A stretch of DNA of 63,820 nt, filler included, from Octopus bimaculoides (taxonomy: Eukaryota), in the NCBI RefSeq assembly GCF_001194135.2. It is 7 parts of 6 records of this genome, joined end to end, with 100 filler letters (N's around TTAATTAATTAA, not from the genome) between each part and the next. Parts side by side here need not be neighbours in the genome. Positions count along the whole stretch, not along the records: positions 48,316 to 56,823 come from NC_068991.1; positions 56,924 to 63,820 come from NC_068988.1; 5 more parts are not named here. One strand, written 5' to 3'. The position numbers and the translations under genes are program-made. How positions within the stretch are numbered: the first letter of the stretch is position 1; every line of letters starts with the position of its first letter. This document shows, piece by piece, positions 51,221 through 63,426 of this stretch. The notes below the pieces were generated by a model, which saw only the letters and a list, made by a program, of their open reading frames with translations, was not told the origin of the DNA and made no database searches.

Positions 51221-51269
51221 CATTTTGGCATGCTGGAGTATATGAAAAAAGGCTGTATGTAGTTGGAAA

Positions 51270-51735
51270 CATTCTGAAGTGCTTCTCACGTATACAAATT
51301 ATATCGATGATTTAGCGTTAATATCAAACAAAAGAACAAGCCCAACTGTTTTTATTGCGAATTGAGTCTTGTGTTTCACAGATTGGCTTACATTCAAAAG
51401 AGGTCAAAACTAAGTATATAGCTTATAACCAAGAAAGTAACCACCTATTAACAATGAATGGTTACGAGTTGGAAAAAGTAGATACCCACGAAAAGGACAT
51501 TAGTACTCGCGTTAGTAAAACATTTTTGGCTCTGTCAAAGACGGACGTAATTTGAAATTCATATCTAAATAGAGAACTTAAGATTAGTTTCTTTTAGCAG
51601 TGATAGAAATCGTGCACTTATACAACTGCACTACATGGACTTTCACAAAAGCACCGGAAAGAAAACTGGATGGAACATACACGCAATTTATGAGAGCAGC
51701 ACTTAACATCAAATGGCAGGGAAAGAAGACTAGCA
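51270..51735 (+). mobile_element. Non-LTR (RTE-like) reverse transcriptase C-terminal relic
   Basis: With frameshifts and stops: NYIDDLALIS...RIESCVSQIGLH..KTKY...LYNCTTWTFTKAPERKLDGTYTQFMRAALNIKWQG (YxDD motif and post-RT region). Confidence 0.75.
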
Positions 51736-52213
51736 TTCTGTGGACACTGCTTTCGTAGCAAGGATGAAGTAGATGGTTAGATGCTGATGTGGGAACTCGG
51801 AATTCGATTCCCATTTGGAGCCAGTTTGTTTGAGTTTCTCTGTATTCATTTGGAATGAATGCTTGAATAATTATACCTGTTATTACAGATTAGAAATAAA
51901 ATGAATTTACTAAATTGCTTATGCTTGGTGAACTGGGTTTCGTTCCTTATATGTGGTCGTAAGCTCAAATTCTGTTACGTTGGTATAGAAAATTGCATAG
52001 AAAACTCATGATATTATTAACTTCCAGATAAAAGGTTCGTCTCTCACTTTCTTTTTATTTTTCTTCTTTCAGTTGTTGCTATTGTTGATGCTTAAATTCC
52101 ATGTCAGTCCTGATAGAACAACAGAACACGTCTATGATCAAATATTTCCAATAGTAACAACTTAGAATACTTTTTTAAAGAATTTAAGTTTCTAAGACTG
52201 CATCATCGAAAAA

Positions 52214-52497
52214 CACTGGTTCTCAACCATATTTTGCCTATGGACCCCTTTGATTACTATTTTATTGTAATGGACCCCATAATCATTCGATGGTTTTATA
52301 AGTACTTCTTTCAAAATTCCTATTTTGTTCATCTTAGATTAACTTGTGTAGTTTAAACTATGTAACACAGTAGACCAAGAAATCTAAGTGTTTCATGCAC
52401 CCTTAATGTACTTCTCTGTGTCTCCAAATTACTATTTCGCTTGTATGAACCCTCTCCCCACCACCAATCTTATATGGACCCCCGTTGAGAACCACTG
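52214..52497. mobile_element. hAT/Charlie-like MITE
   Basis: TIRs CACTGGTTCTCAAC / GTTGAGAACCACTG, with degenerate 8-bp flanks ATCGAAAA / ATCTAACA. It interrupts an older dispersed repeat. Confidence 0.75.
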
Positions 52498-53279
52498 ATC
52501 TAACATGTCCTTTCTTTCTTAAAAGACATTAGAGCTGCTTTGAGGGAAGATTAGTTGCTATCTCTAGCAGTTTGTGCGACTCTATCGACAGGACTCCCTC
52601 GTTGGCTTTTGGTATTTCGTAATTGCTGTTTTTGTTTTTTATTGTCTTCTATTAAATGATTCATATCAAATGCTACATTTACTTTCCCGAATGTCCACAC
52701 TACAGTCTAGTGTTTTGAGTAAACATGACATTTGATCTTTTTACAAAACGCACAACTTTTAATACAGTTGTGACGATGGCGGTGATGGAGATACCGGTGA
52801 GGGCGATGATGGCAGTGGCAGTGACGGCGGTGGGTGTGAGACAGATGACATTCGGTCGATTAGCCAAAGGCTGAATTCATTGATAGAGATGGATTGGTAT
52901 GAGTTGGTCAGATTTCACCAGCTCATCGATCACATGACTTATCTCCATTACACATGTCAACTAAAACGCGCATGTTCAAATCCTCAGCATGGTTTTTGTT
53001 TGTGTTTCTAAATAGGACACTTAATTTTATGTTGCCACGGTTTGTCTGGATGCGGGACGGGAGAACTGATTCCATGGTTTGCTATGAAAATTTACTGATA
53101 GCAACCTAGTCGGGCAAGTGGTGTCACATCTTAATGCTCAGGATTTAGGAGTGGTTAACTATTATCCGTTCCTCGTCTTCAATAAAAAAAAAATCAGCAT
53201 ATACATGTCTACATATATGCATACATACATATATTTGGGGTTCTGTGTGTATATATATATATGTATATATATTCTTTTA

Positions 53280-53575
53280 TTGTTTTACTTGTTTCAGTCA
53301 TTTCATTGCGGTCATGCTGGAGCACCGCCTTAAAGTGTTTTAGTTGAAGAAATCGACTCCAAGACTTATTCATTGTAAGCCTAGTACTTATATTATCGGT
53401 CTTTTTAACCGAATCTCTATAAGTTACGGAGACAAACACACCAGCATCGGTTCTCAAGCGATAGCGGGAGTACAAACACATACACACACACACATAAATA
53501 TATACATAAGCATATACATGGGCTTCTTTCAGCTTCGGTCTACCAAATCCATTCACAGGGCTTTGGTCAGCCGGA
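53280..53575 (-). mobile_element. SINE family A
   Basis: Same modules; another partial copy lies at 53725-53815. Confidence 0.85.
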
Positions 53576-53866
53576 CAGAGTGACAGTTTGTGAACATTTT
53601 CTCAGTTTTAACAAAAAGCATATTACTCTACACTTCGTATTCGAGTACTACTTTTTACACCTTGTCTTGCATTTATGTGCTTAGTTGTGTATATACACAC
53701 ATCCACACACACACATACACACACACGCACTCAACCGACCCCAGCGTCGTAAACACACCAGCATCACTTGTCAAGTGGTGGTGGGGGACAAACACAAATT
53801 CAAAGACACACACACATAGATATATACCTACATATATACAACTTCTAACATATCTCATAATATATA

Positions 53867-53908
<42 letters not shown>

Positions 53909-54920
53909 TATGAGCCTGTACATGGTGCTTTTTAGACAGAGCTAATGCATAGATATCTGCACGAATTCTATATTACCCTGGTAATGGAGGCATAATGACC
54001 TAATAAGCTACAATACTCTTAGCATCAACTTAAGAAGTCGTGATCGACTATGAATTGTGACACCTAAGTACTTCTTTCAACCTCTCCCCATTTGCAAGAA
54101 CTATTATATATGAATATCATAGGTTGCCCACACATCGCGATTCCTCTCTTAGTCTCGTTAGTACAGAATAAAAGAGAGCCAAATAAGCACAGCATTAGAC
54201 ACTAGTGCGTCTGGACCAACTGCCTGAAGGAAGGCAAAGAATCGCTCCGTCCGCTCTAGGATATCCACACCGGATTTTCCGTCTTAACCTTTGCCATTTA
54301 CAAACCAGCAACAACTATATACTGTGTAAATAACTGGAAAACTGGAAAGAACACATATCTGCTGTAACATTCATCACCAGCGTGTTTAGTTGGAGGTCAG
54401 CATGTTTTGAGGCGGGCTGCTAACTTGACCTTTACGACTGGTCACGTGTAACGGTCCACGTGGCCACATTCTGGACAGATCCGGAATAAAAGACATATCT
54501 CTTTAAAGCCCTCTCCCATCCAGTCTTTTATCTCTATCTCTTTCTCCTTTTTGTTTTAAACGTCCACTTTATAATATTAATATTGATTTTCGTGGGGGTT
54601 TTTCATTGTTGTACATATTTTGTCGTTTCACCTCCATCTGGCAGTCATTATTGTTGCTGTTGTTATTTTTAATGTTGCTCTACTTACAGAGAAGTGTTAT
54701 TGTTTATGTTGCTACCTCTGCCGCTGTAGTTCTAATGACTGTTGTAACAGTTGTTTCTTTCCTGTTTTACTGCTAAATGTTATCATTATTGTTGTCGTTT
54801 CTCTTGCGTTGTTGTCGTTTGTCTTGCGTTGTTGTCGTCGTTATATTACAACTGATGTTGTTGTTACTGTTGCTGTCACCGTTCCTGATGATCTTATTGT
54901 TATTATCACATTTATTCAAA

Positions 54921-55590
54921 GGCAGCGAACTGGCAGAGTCGTTAGAATGCTTGGAGAAAGGATTTGCGGTGTTTGTTCCAGCTCTTTACACTTCGAGTTC
55001 AATCCAGTCGAAGTCAACATTGTTTTTCACTCTTTCGACTTCAGTAACAAAATACCACTCAAGTACCGGAGTTGATGATATTGGCTAAACCCCTCCCCTC
55101 AAAATTGTTGGCCTTCTGCCCAAATCAGAAGCCATTGTTATCTTTGTTCTTGACATTGTAGCCGAATGTAGCCATTAACATGAATCTCACAACGTAACTA
55201 AATCTCTCCGTGAACTGAGTCCGTTTAATGGTTTCCAGTTATGCTTGCAGGTAGAATCTGTATGAAACAAAGAAGCAATTTGGTTTCTTCCCCGGCTAAT
55301 ATATATTGTTGCATGTCTAAACCAAGAATTATTTGATTGTAGCACTCATTGTCTTATTGTTGTTAGTGTCGCTAGTTTACTGCGGTTGTCTCCCCATAAC
55401 TTGTAATACTGGTTTCAAACTTTAGCACAAAGCCAGTAATTTCAGGGGAGGGGTAAGCCGATTTCATCGGCCCCAGCACTCAACTCATACTTATTTTATC
55501 AATCCCAAAAGGATGAAAGGCAGAGTTGACCTCAAAAGAATTTGAACTCTGAACGTAAAGACGGGCGAAATACCACTAAGTATTTCGCCG
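54921..55590. mobile_element. Inverted pair of old SINE family B copies (54921-55135 +, 55405-55590 -)
   Basis: Head GGCAGCGAACTGGCAGAGTCGTTAG on +; ATTTGAACTC...TAAGTATTTCGCC on -. Further minus copies at about 57030-57165 and 57935-58135. Confidence 0.75.
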
Positions 55591-55929
55591 CCTTTTTTTT
55601 TCACTGTGACTAAGCGAATGTATGTGTGTGTGGGGGTGGGGGGGTATGTATGTATACATGTGCGTGTATCGAGAGAGGTGAGTGTTAAACATCAAATTTA
55701 TGATCACTTTGTTATGTTGAAGAACACATTCGCACACAGACACACAGACACACAGACAAACAGACACACACACACACACAAACACAGACGAATCGTACTC
55801 GTTGGATGGTAATGGAATGACAATATCTTTTGTAAGCGGGTTTGATCGTCCCGGGAGGGTCGTCTTTGAAGTACTCATGGAAGAATCCGAGACTCTGTCA
55901 GCAAGTTCAAACTTTGCATTGCTGTAGGA

Positions 55930-56300
55930 TGGTGGATAAAGCAGAGTTTCTCTATGAAGCAGAAGTCGTAGGAATTTGGTATGTTCGTAATCGTGACATT
56001 CAAAGCATTCAAAGCACATTTAGAAATCAAGTGCCAAAGAAGACATCGGGACCATCTCAAGGGCAGTATTTGGCAGAACACATCCATTTCAGAAAGGATT
56101 AAACTCCTCTGACCTCGGTCTAATAGAGAAAGGCCCCACCATCATCCCCATCCTTTCCTGGTCTTATATAAAATGAACTAATTTCGATTTATTAACACAT
56201 AACCAAATTCGTATCGGAAAATTTTTAGAAGCTCTGTTCCAAGACAGACTATTCGTATGTCTTATACCAACTGATATCATTTTATAACCTGCCAAAATGC
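55930..56300 (+). mobile_element. Degenerate RTE-like LINE fragment
   Basis: FLYEAE...W.VRNRDIQ...(frameshift)EIKCQRRH...IWQNTSISERI resembles the RTE LLYGAETW...FE.KCLRRI..I.W motif. Confidence 0.45.
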
Positions 56301-56516
56301 TGATATGTGCGACTGAACCGAAAGAAGCCATGATGTATATTCCCTTTATACACTCCTTTATACATCTTCTTTCTGCCCAAATCTTTCCGGCAGGAGTTGA
56401 TCTGCAACAGTGTAAACGGAACATTGACAGCATCACTCTCACCAGTCTCAGAGGTCAAACAAAGGTCAGGGATTCTTCCCTTTCCTCCAGACTCAATAAG
56501 AATGTGAGAGAATGGG

Positions 56517-56555
<39 letters not shown>

Positions 56556-58800
56556 GGGGGCGTGGCTGTGAGAGTGAGTGTAGCTATGTATGTATGTGTC
56601 GAGGGCGAATGGCCTAGTGGTGGGGATGTTGCACTCAATATTACGAGATCGTGGTTTCAATTCTTGGACCGCATAGTGCATTGAGTTATATGTAAATGAT
56701 AAACTTTTGGAAAGTTTTACAAATTTTTAGTTCGAGGGATAGATTGGATCTGTAGTCTTCGAGCATGTATGTATGCTTGTATAGAGATGCAGGCATGGCT
56801 ATGCTGGTTAAGAATTTCGCTTTNNNNNNNNNNNNNNNNNNNNNNNNNNNNNNNNNNNNNNNNNNNNTTAATTAATTAANNNNNNNNNNNNNNNNNNNNN
56901 NNNNNNNNNNNNNNNNNNNNNNNCTTGTCCTGTACTTTTCCAGGCTTATAATCTCAAGAATATTACTTTTCCTGCTTGCATTTTTCCATGTATAATAATA
57001 ATGATAATGATGATGATGATGATGATGATGATTTCAAGGCCAGCAATTTCAGGGTGGGGGTATGCCAATTACATTGACCCTGATGTTCACTTGGTACTAA
57101 TTTTATCAATCCCAAGAGGATGAAAGGTAAAGTCGAACTTGGCAGAATTTTCGACCTCAGAGCTTATTGTATACAGTGCTCAAGTGCATCAAGTGTCCTG
57201 AAAGCAATATGACTGCCTATAAATAAAAGTTATCTAGCCTAATGAAATTGATGAAGATTTAAATGAATATCTTTGTAAAATTTAGTATTTATTTGGTCTA
57301 GTATGAGAGTACTGTACACCACCAAACTATTTGTCAAATGTCCATAATTTACTTTACTTACTAAAACTGAGACATTCTCCATCCTCAATTCTCTTTACAT
57401 GCCTTTCAAATAAGTGTATACAAAAATTGGTTTAACTCCTTCATTAGAACTGTGCTGTGATAGAGATGGAATATGAAAACAACATTTCAGATAACAGGAT
57501 GACAGCTTACCTTCTGAACAATTACAAAACCTTGTAGATTAAAGGAATGCTGATAATTATTATTTTATTTGAAGAGAAATGAATTGATTGTGTTTGCTGA
57601 AATTAAAATTACTTCATTTTGAAGGCAAACACTGTCAGTAATAATACTTTGATATTGTGTTTGCTAATTTTCCTACACTAAAATATAACAAATTAGTTTT
57701 GATTCTCATTACAAATTGAATTGCTTCACATATGCTGTTAATACCTATGAGAATGATTAAGAACATCACAGCCCTTGCTTCTTTTCTCTTTTCCATTGCA
57801 ATTTCTCGTAACATATTGCAGAATATTTCACTAGATTATTATATACTGTATCTAATGGGGTACTACTTTGATTAGAATTGAAATTTCATGAACCATCATT
57901 TTACTTCTCATTTGTTTAATGTGGGTTTTGTGATTATTGGTTTCAAATTTTGGCACAAGGCCAGTAATTTCGGGGGAGGGGCTAAGTCAATTACATCAAC
58001 CTCGGTGCTCAACTGGTACTCATTTTATAGACCCTGAAAAGGTAAAATACAAAGTCGATCTCGGAGGAATTCAAACTCAAAATACTGCTAAGCATTTTAC
58101 CTGGTATGCTAATGATTCTACCAGATCACCACCTTGGTTTATATATGTATTAAAAATAATCTTTACATTTTCACTCTTTCACTTCAAGAATGGATTTGTA
58201 TGGCAAGTGAAATGAATACAGAGATATGGTAAAAAAAAATATAATTTAATAAATTCAATTATGATTTAACATTATAACTATTAGAATAATTAGCAATCAN
58301 NNNNNNNNNNNNNNNNNNNNNNNNNNNNNNNNNNNNNNNNNNNNNNNNNNNNNNNNNNNNNNNNNNNNNNNNNNNNNNNNNNNNNNNNNNNNNNNNNNNN
58401 NNNNNNNNNNNNNNNNNNNNNNNNNNNNNNNNNNNNNNNNNNNNNNNNNNNNNNNNNNNNNNNNNNNNNNNNNNNNNNNNNNNNNNNNNNNNNNNNNNNN
58501 NNNNNNNNNNNNNNNNNNNNNNNNNNNNNNNNNNNNNNNNNNNNNNNNNNNNNNNNNNNNNNNNNNNNNNNNNNNNNNNNNNNNNNNNNNNNNNNNNNNN
58601 NNNNNNNNNNNNNNNNNNNNNNNNNNNNNNNNNNNNNNNNNNNNNNNNNNNNNNNNNNNNNNNNNNNNNNNNNNNNNNNNNNNNNNNNNNNNNNNNNNNN
58701 NNNNNNNNNNNNNNNNNNNNNNNNNNNNNNNNNNNNNNNNNNNNNNNNNNNNNNNNNNNNNNNNNNNNNNNNNNNNNNNNNNNNNNNNNNNNNNNNNNNN

Positions 58801-58838
<38 letters not shown>

Positions 58839-60049
58839 CAGATATACATATATAATTGTATAAATATCTGGATATCATCACATTCATCAATTTATGTCTG
58901 CTTCCTATGTTAGTATTGGTTGAACAGGCTCACAGTCAGTTTCAATTTATATAATGAGCCACTGCTCGCATAAACTGATGCTTGATCATATTATTTGGCT
59001 TGATTTTTATGGCTGGATGTTCTTACTATCAATAGTGCATTTTCTCATGATACCAATACAAGAGAGATTTTTAAGTCTTTGGTGAGACATGATCGAAGGA
59101 ACCTCACAATAATATGCATTCCCCACTCATACACCATCTCTTTACATCCAGTTTGCAATATTTTTCATGGCACTAGTGCTAGAGAGGTTCACACAGAGCA
59201 CACTAGAGAATACATGGCGCAGTGGAAGGTTACCACTGAGACACCAGCACATGAGATGGGGTGAGGCCTTGTACATAATAAATGTACAGAGTGATCAGTA
59301 ATCTAAGCTATAACAATTGAGAGGAATAGAGAAGAGGGAGAGCAGGGAAGGGGAATAATGACAGGAGGAATGTCAGAAGTCGTTGGATAAAAAAGGCAAG
59401 AGTACAAGACGAAAGAGTACTGGATAACTAATGGCGTACTTTCACTCAGTTGACTTAGGAGGAGAATAAGAAAATAATGGCAGCAGGAAAACTAGAATGG
59501 GTGGGTGATAGGAGTAAAAGTATGATTAAAAAGGCAGAATTATGAAAGGTGATGAGTGGACAATAGCAGAGGTGGACAAAGGCAATAGTAAGAGATGAAA
59601 TAAGAGAGAAGTTGGTAATGGGTGACAGTAGAAGTGACCCAAAGAAGGGATCATGATTGTTGACAGTATAGAAAGAGTGAAGTTAGAGTGTATTGGACAC
59701 AGATGGTTCACTACAGTCTCTTCTCCATGGCATAGAGAGGAGAATTGAGGTATAGAATGAGAATGGTCCGATGCAGTCTCTTACACATAGACCTAGTGAA
59801 AGGTGAGGAAATTACAGTGATGATGGTGATGCAATCAATAGGGGTAGCAAGGAGATGAGAACTGATGGGAAATGAGATAGAGAGATGGGAAAAGAAATAG
59901 GGGTGAGTTATAGGTAAATGAGGGTGAGGTCAAAGATGGAAGGCCTGTCAGCAAATGTAGACTTGGCAAGATACAAAATATCCCAGCCTTTAATCATTAC
60001 CCTTATTTCAATATACATTTTGCATTGGCTGGCTGGGTTTTCTGCAGCA

Positions 60050-60600
60050 CCACACATCACCAATCAATACAGTTATTCATCACTTCCAAAAGATGCAGTA
60101 TATTCAATTCAGTCTTCATCACTTCATCCTAAATCTTTCTCAGTCACCCTCTTACACAAGTTTCCCTAACTCAGTGTATACAGCACTTCCTTATGCAACA
60201 ATCTGCCTTTATACACCTCACATACCCATACCAATACTACCTTGCTTCTTCCACACTACACTTATGCACCCCTTTTCTCTTTCAGTTCATTTGTATCCTG
60301 AACTCATGCACAATGACATTACACATTCATTCCAGAATGCTTGTTTCATTTACCTCTACTCTATGTAGGCTTCCTCTATTCAATGCCCACCTTTTTCTCT
60401 ACCATACAACATTGCAGCTTGAATACAAGCATCATACACTCTGCCCTTCAATCTGAAGGAGAAACCCTTTATTGACAGCCGAGATATAATCCCCTCAGAT
60501 TTTTTCCTACATGTTCCTACCCTGGCTACTATATTTTCAGAACAATTACCTTCCCTGCCAATTAAGTCACTATTTTTAGTCAGATATTTTGGCATTTGAA
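60050..60600 (-). mobile_element. RTE-clade LINE ORF2 C-terminal relic
   Basis: GNCSENIVARVGTCRKK...KGFSFRLKGRVYDACIQAAMLYG, followed by degenerate ...RNETSILE*MCNV... typical of the RTE post-RT domain. Confidence 0.7.
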
Positions 60601-60753
60601 TGAAGCTATTTCTGGTGTGCTTTTATAATCTATTGTCCCAGTTTATCTGCCATATATAAAGCGTGCCTTTTCTGTTAGCCTGTCTATGATTCCACTACAC
60701 TTTTTGTGTGTCCATAGCTTACACTGAGTAAAATTGCAGAAGAATTTGTCGCT

Positions 60754-60826
60754 GGGCAGTTTAGCTTACAGGTAAAGCACTTGATGCGTAATCACAAGGA
60801 TGTGAGTTCCAGTCTCATAGCTGGCC
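60754..60826 (+). tRNA. tRNA-Thr(CGT)-like pseudogene or SINE head
   Basis: Acceptor GGGCAGTT/AGCTGGCC, D-stem GCTT/AAGC, anticodon arm CTTGA-TGCGTAA-TCA(CA)AG, T-stem GTGAG/CTCAT with loop TTCCAGT. The G at position 33 and the insertion argue against function. Confidence 0.45.
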
Positions 60827-60918
60827 GCCGACAGATTTTTCTGCAAAATATGGATAGTTTATCCTGCTCATGCTATACTATTAGCATTATCCTGTGATTG
60901 AGAATAAAATTATTTCCT

Positions 60919-60950
<32 letters not shown>

Positions 60951-60954
<4 letters not shown>

Positions 60955-61965
60955 GTTGACGAACTAAGTTCCCGCCGTTTTTTTTTNNNNNNNNNNNNNN
61001 NNNNNNNNNNNNNNNNNNNNNNNNNNNNNNNNNNNNNNNNNNNNNNNNNNNNNNNNNNNNNNNNNNNNNNNNNNNNNNNNNNNNNNNNNNNNNNNNNNNN
61101 NNNNNNNNNNNNNNNNNNNNNNNNNNNNNNNNNNNNNNNNNNNNNNNNNNNNNNNNNNNNNNNNNNNNNNNNNNNNNNNNNNNNNNNNNNNNNNNNNNNN
61201 NNNNNNNNNNNNNNNNNNNNNNNNNNNNNNNNNNNNNNNNNNNNNNNNNNNNNNNNNNNNNNNNNNNNNNNNNNNNNNNNNNNNNNNNNNNNNNNNNNNN
61301 NNNNNNNNNNNNNNNNNNNNNNNNNNNNNNNNNNNNNNNNNNNNNNNNNNNNNNNNNNNNNNNNNNNNNNNNNNNNNNNNNNNNNNNNNNNNNNNNNNNN
61401 NNNNNNNNNNNNNNNNNNNNNNNNNNNNNNNNNNNNNNNNNNNNNNNNNNNNNNNNNNNNNNNNNNNNNNNNNNNNNNNNNNNNNNNNNNNNNNNNNNNN
61501 NNNNNNNNNNNNNNNNNNNNNNNNNNNNNNNNNNNNNNNNNNNNNNNNNNNNNNNNNNNNNNNNNNNNNNNNNNNNNNNNNNNNNNNNNNNNNNNNNNNN
61601 NNNNNNNNNNNNNNNNNNNNNNNNNNNNNNNNNNGAACGACTCAACACGGCTATTCAAGAGAAAAGACCTAATCGGCAGCATGGAGTTCTTCTGTTGCAC
61701 ATCAACGCCCGCCCTTATATCGCCAATATGACCAAGGAAGCCATTCAAACGCATGGCTGGGAAGTGCTGCCACACCCGCCGTACTCTCCTGATTTGGCAC
61801 CAACGGATTTCCACTTCTTTCGATCTCTTTCAAATGCTATGCGCGGAGTTTCGTTCAATACTGATGCAGAATCGAGAGCTTGGTTAGATCAATTTTTCGA
61901 GTCGAAATCGGGTGATTTCTACCAACGAGGTATTGAAAATCTTGTTGAACGTTGCGAAGAAGCTG
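60951..61965 (+). mobile_element. mariner element, 3'-truncated, middle in gap
   Basis: TIR-like TTGGGTTGACGAACTAAGTTCCCGCCG right after (TA)n at 60951. After the gap: LLLHINARPYIANMTKEAIQTHGWEVLPHPPYSPDLAPTDFHFFRSLSNAMRG...FYQRGIENLVERC, with the diagnostic YSPDLAP motif. Confidence 0.9.
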
Positions 61966-63263
61966 ATTCGTCCTCATGGAGGGCTTCATAAGTATCAATT
62001 ACTTCTTCTGGAGGTAAAAATGCCATTGCGCAGAACATTTTTATTTTAGTGGCAAAAGAACCAACAGTACTATATTGAACTTTATATCCGAGTTGGCATA
62101 ATTTCCTATAAACTGCCTGGCAAAAATTAAATAAACAACCTCCGCTGGTGCTTCCAACAAAGTTATGATCACAGCTGTTACGAATTGCCCATTCAAAGTC
62201 AATCAATGCTTGACGAGGTTTAACAATGGGCCGCAATTTTCTTATTTCAAGAAAAGTTTTGTCATATGTTGCTTCTGTTTTGTCCAGCAGTAGAATGAAA
62301 GCTCGAGAATAAGATCTACCATTTATGATAGCATGAATGGTAAAAAGCTGATACCATGCACTTGGTGATTTGAATGTGCCATCCATTCCTAAAAATGANN
62401 NNNNNNNNAACTGCCTGGCAAAAATTAAATAAACAACCTCCGCTGGTGCTTCCAACAAAGTTATGATCACAGCTGTTACGAATTGCCCATTCAAAGTCAA
62501 TCAATGCTTGACGAGGTTTAACAATGGGCCGCAATTTTCTTATTTCAAGAAAAGTTTTGTCATATGTTGCTTCTGTTTTGTCCAGCAGTAGAATGAAAGC
62601 TCGAGAATAAGATCTACCATTTATGATAGCATGAATGGTAAAAAGCTGATACCATGCACTTGGTGATTTGAATGTGCCATCCATTCCTAAAAATGAAGTG
62701 TTTTCCAGTTGTTGAAGACCTTCGTTAGAGGCAAAGATTAAATTCCTCTTTTCATCATTACTGCCTGTGTCGCATTGCAGGAACAAATCACCGCTTTCCA
62801 AGTATATAAAAGAATCAGGCACTTGAAATCCAGTTCGATGAAGAGGCGACGGAGGAGCACCAAAAGCTTTATTGCGCCAGTTTGTAATACTTCTAGAAAC
62901 TGTTTGCAACCGTGTTAATTCATATTTCGCATTCTCACTAATATTATTTGTAGTTTCTGAAATGTGTACTCAAATGCTTGTTTCAACTCCATCTTGCAAC
63001 TTTTTTCTTAATGCTGAAATGGCGAATCGTGCTTTCACTGCATTCGGTGCTGGTTTGTGATCATGACTATTGATTGTTGAAATAATTATAGGTTCAGTTG
63101 GTTTATTCTCTGTATGAATACGAGCACGACATGTATTGCGAATCTCACAGTGCCACAGTTTCCTTGTGTCATCGGAACTAAACTTATGAAAGTCGTAAAC
63201 ATAATTAAGTTCATCAATCAATTTGTCCTTGTTTTTCTCACCTTAAAAATACTTTGCAGCCAT
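61966..63263 (-). pseudogene. MULE (Mutator-like) transposase pseudogene with N-terminal FLYWCH zinc finger
   Basis: ATG at 63263 (MAAKYF*GEKNKDKLIDELNYVYDFH...WHCEIRNTCRARIHT...SHDH = FLYWCH W-x-C..C..H-x-H). After a frameshift comes the MULE catalytic core MDGTFKSP..YQLFTIH...IDFEWAI...GCLFNFCQAVYRK...FCAMAFLPPEEV. One in-frame stop and one frameshift. 62111-62398 is duplicated at 62409-62696 across a 10-N gap. Confidence 0.92.
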
Positions 63264-63269
63264 ATTAGG

Positions 63270-63426
63270 GTTTCTTAAGATTGGAAATATTTGTTATCTT
63301 CTGGGCGAAGTGACGTGTGGGCAAACGGACTCCATAATGGGCGAAATGACCGGACACTGATTTGACAAATTGTCTGGGACCAAATTTATTGGGACCGAAT
63401 TTTACGGGACTGAATTTTCCTAGCAC
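63270..63426 (-). mobile_element. Probable 5' terminal/subterminal region of the MULE element
   Basis: Three tandem GGGAC(C/T)(A/G)AATT units (about 63376-63414) and two GGGCGAA(G/A)TGAC units directly upstream of the transposase ATG. Such short subterminal repeats are typical of animal MULE ends. Confidence 0.6.

Noticed and set aside
62111-62696. 288-bp exact tandem duplication within the MULE transposase
   Set aside because: Identical copies on either side of a 10-N gap indicate unmerged overlapping contig ends.
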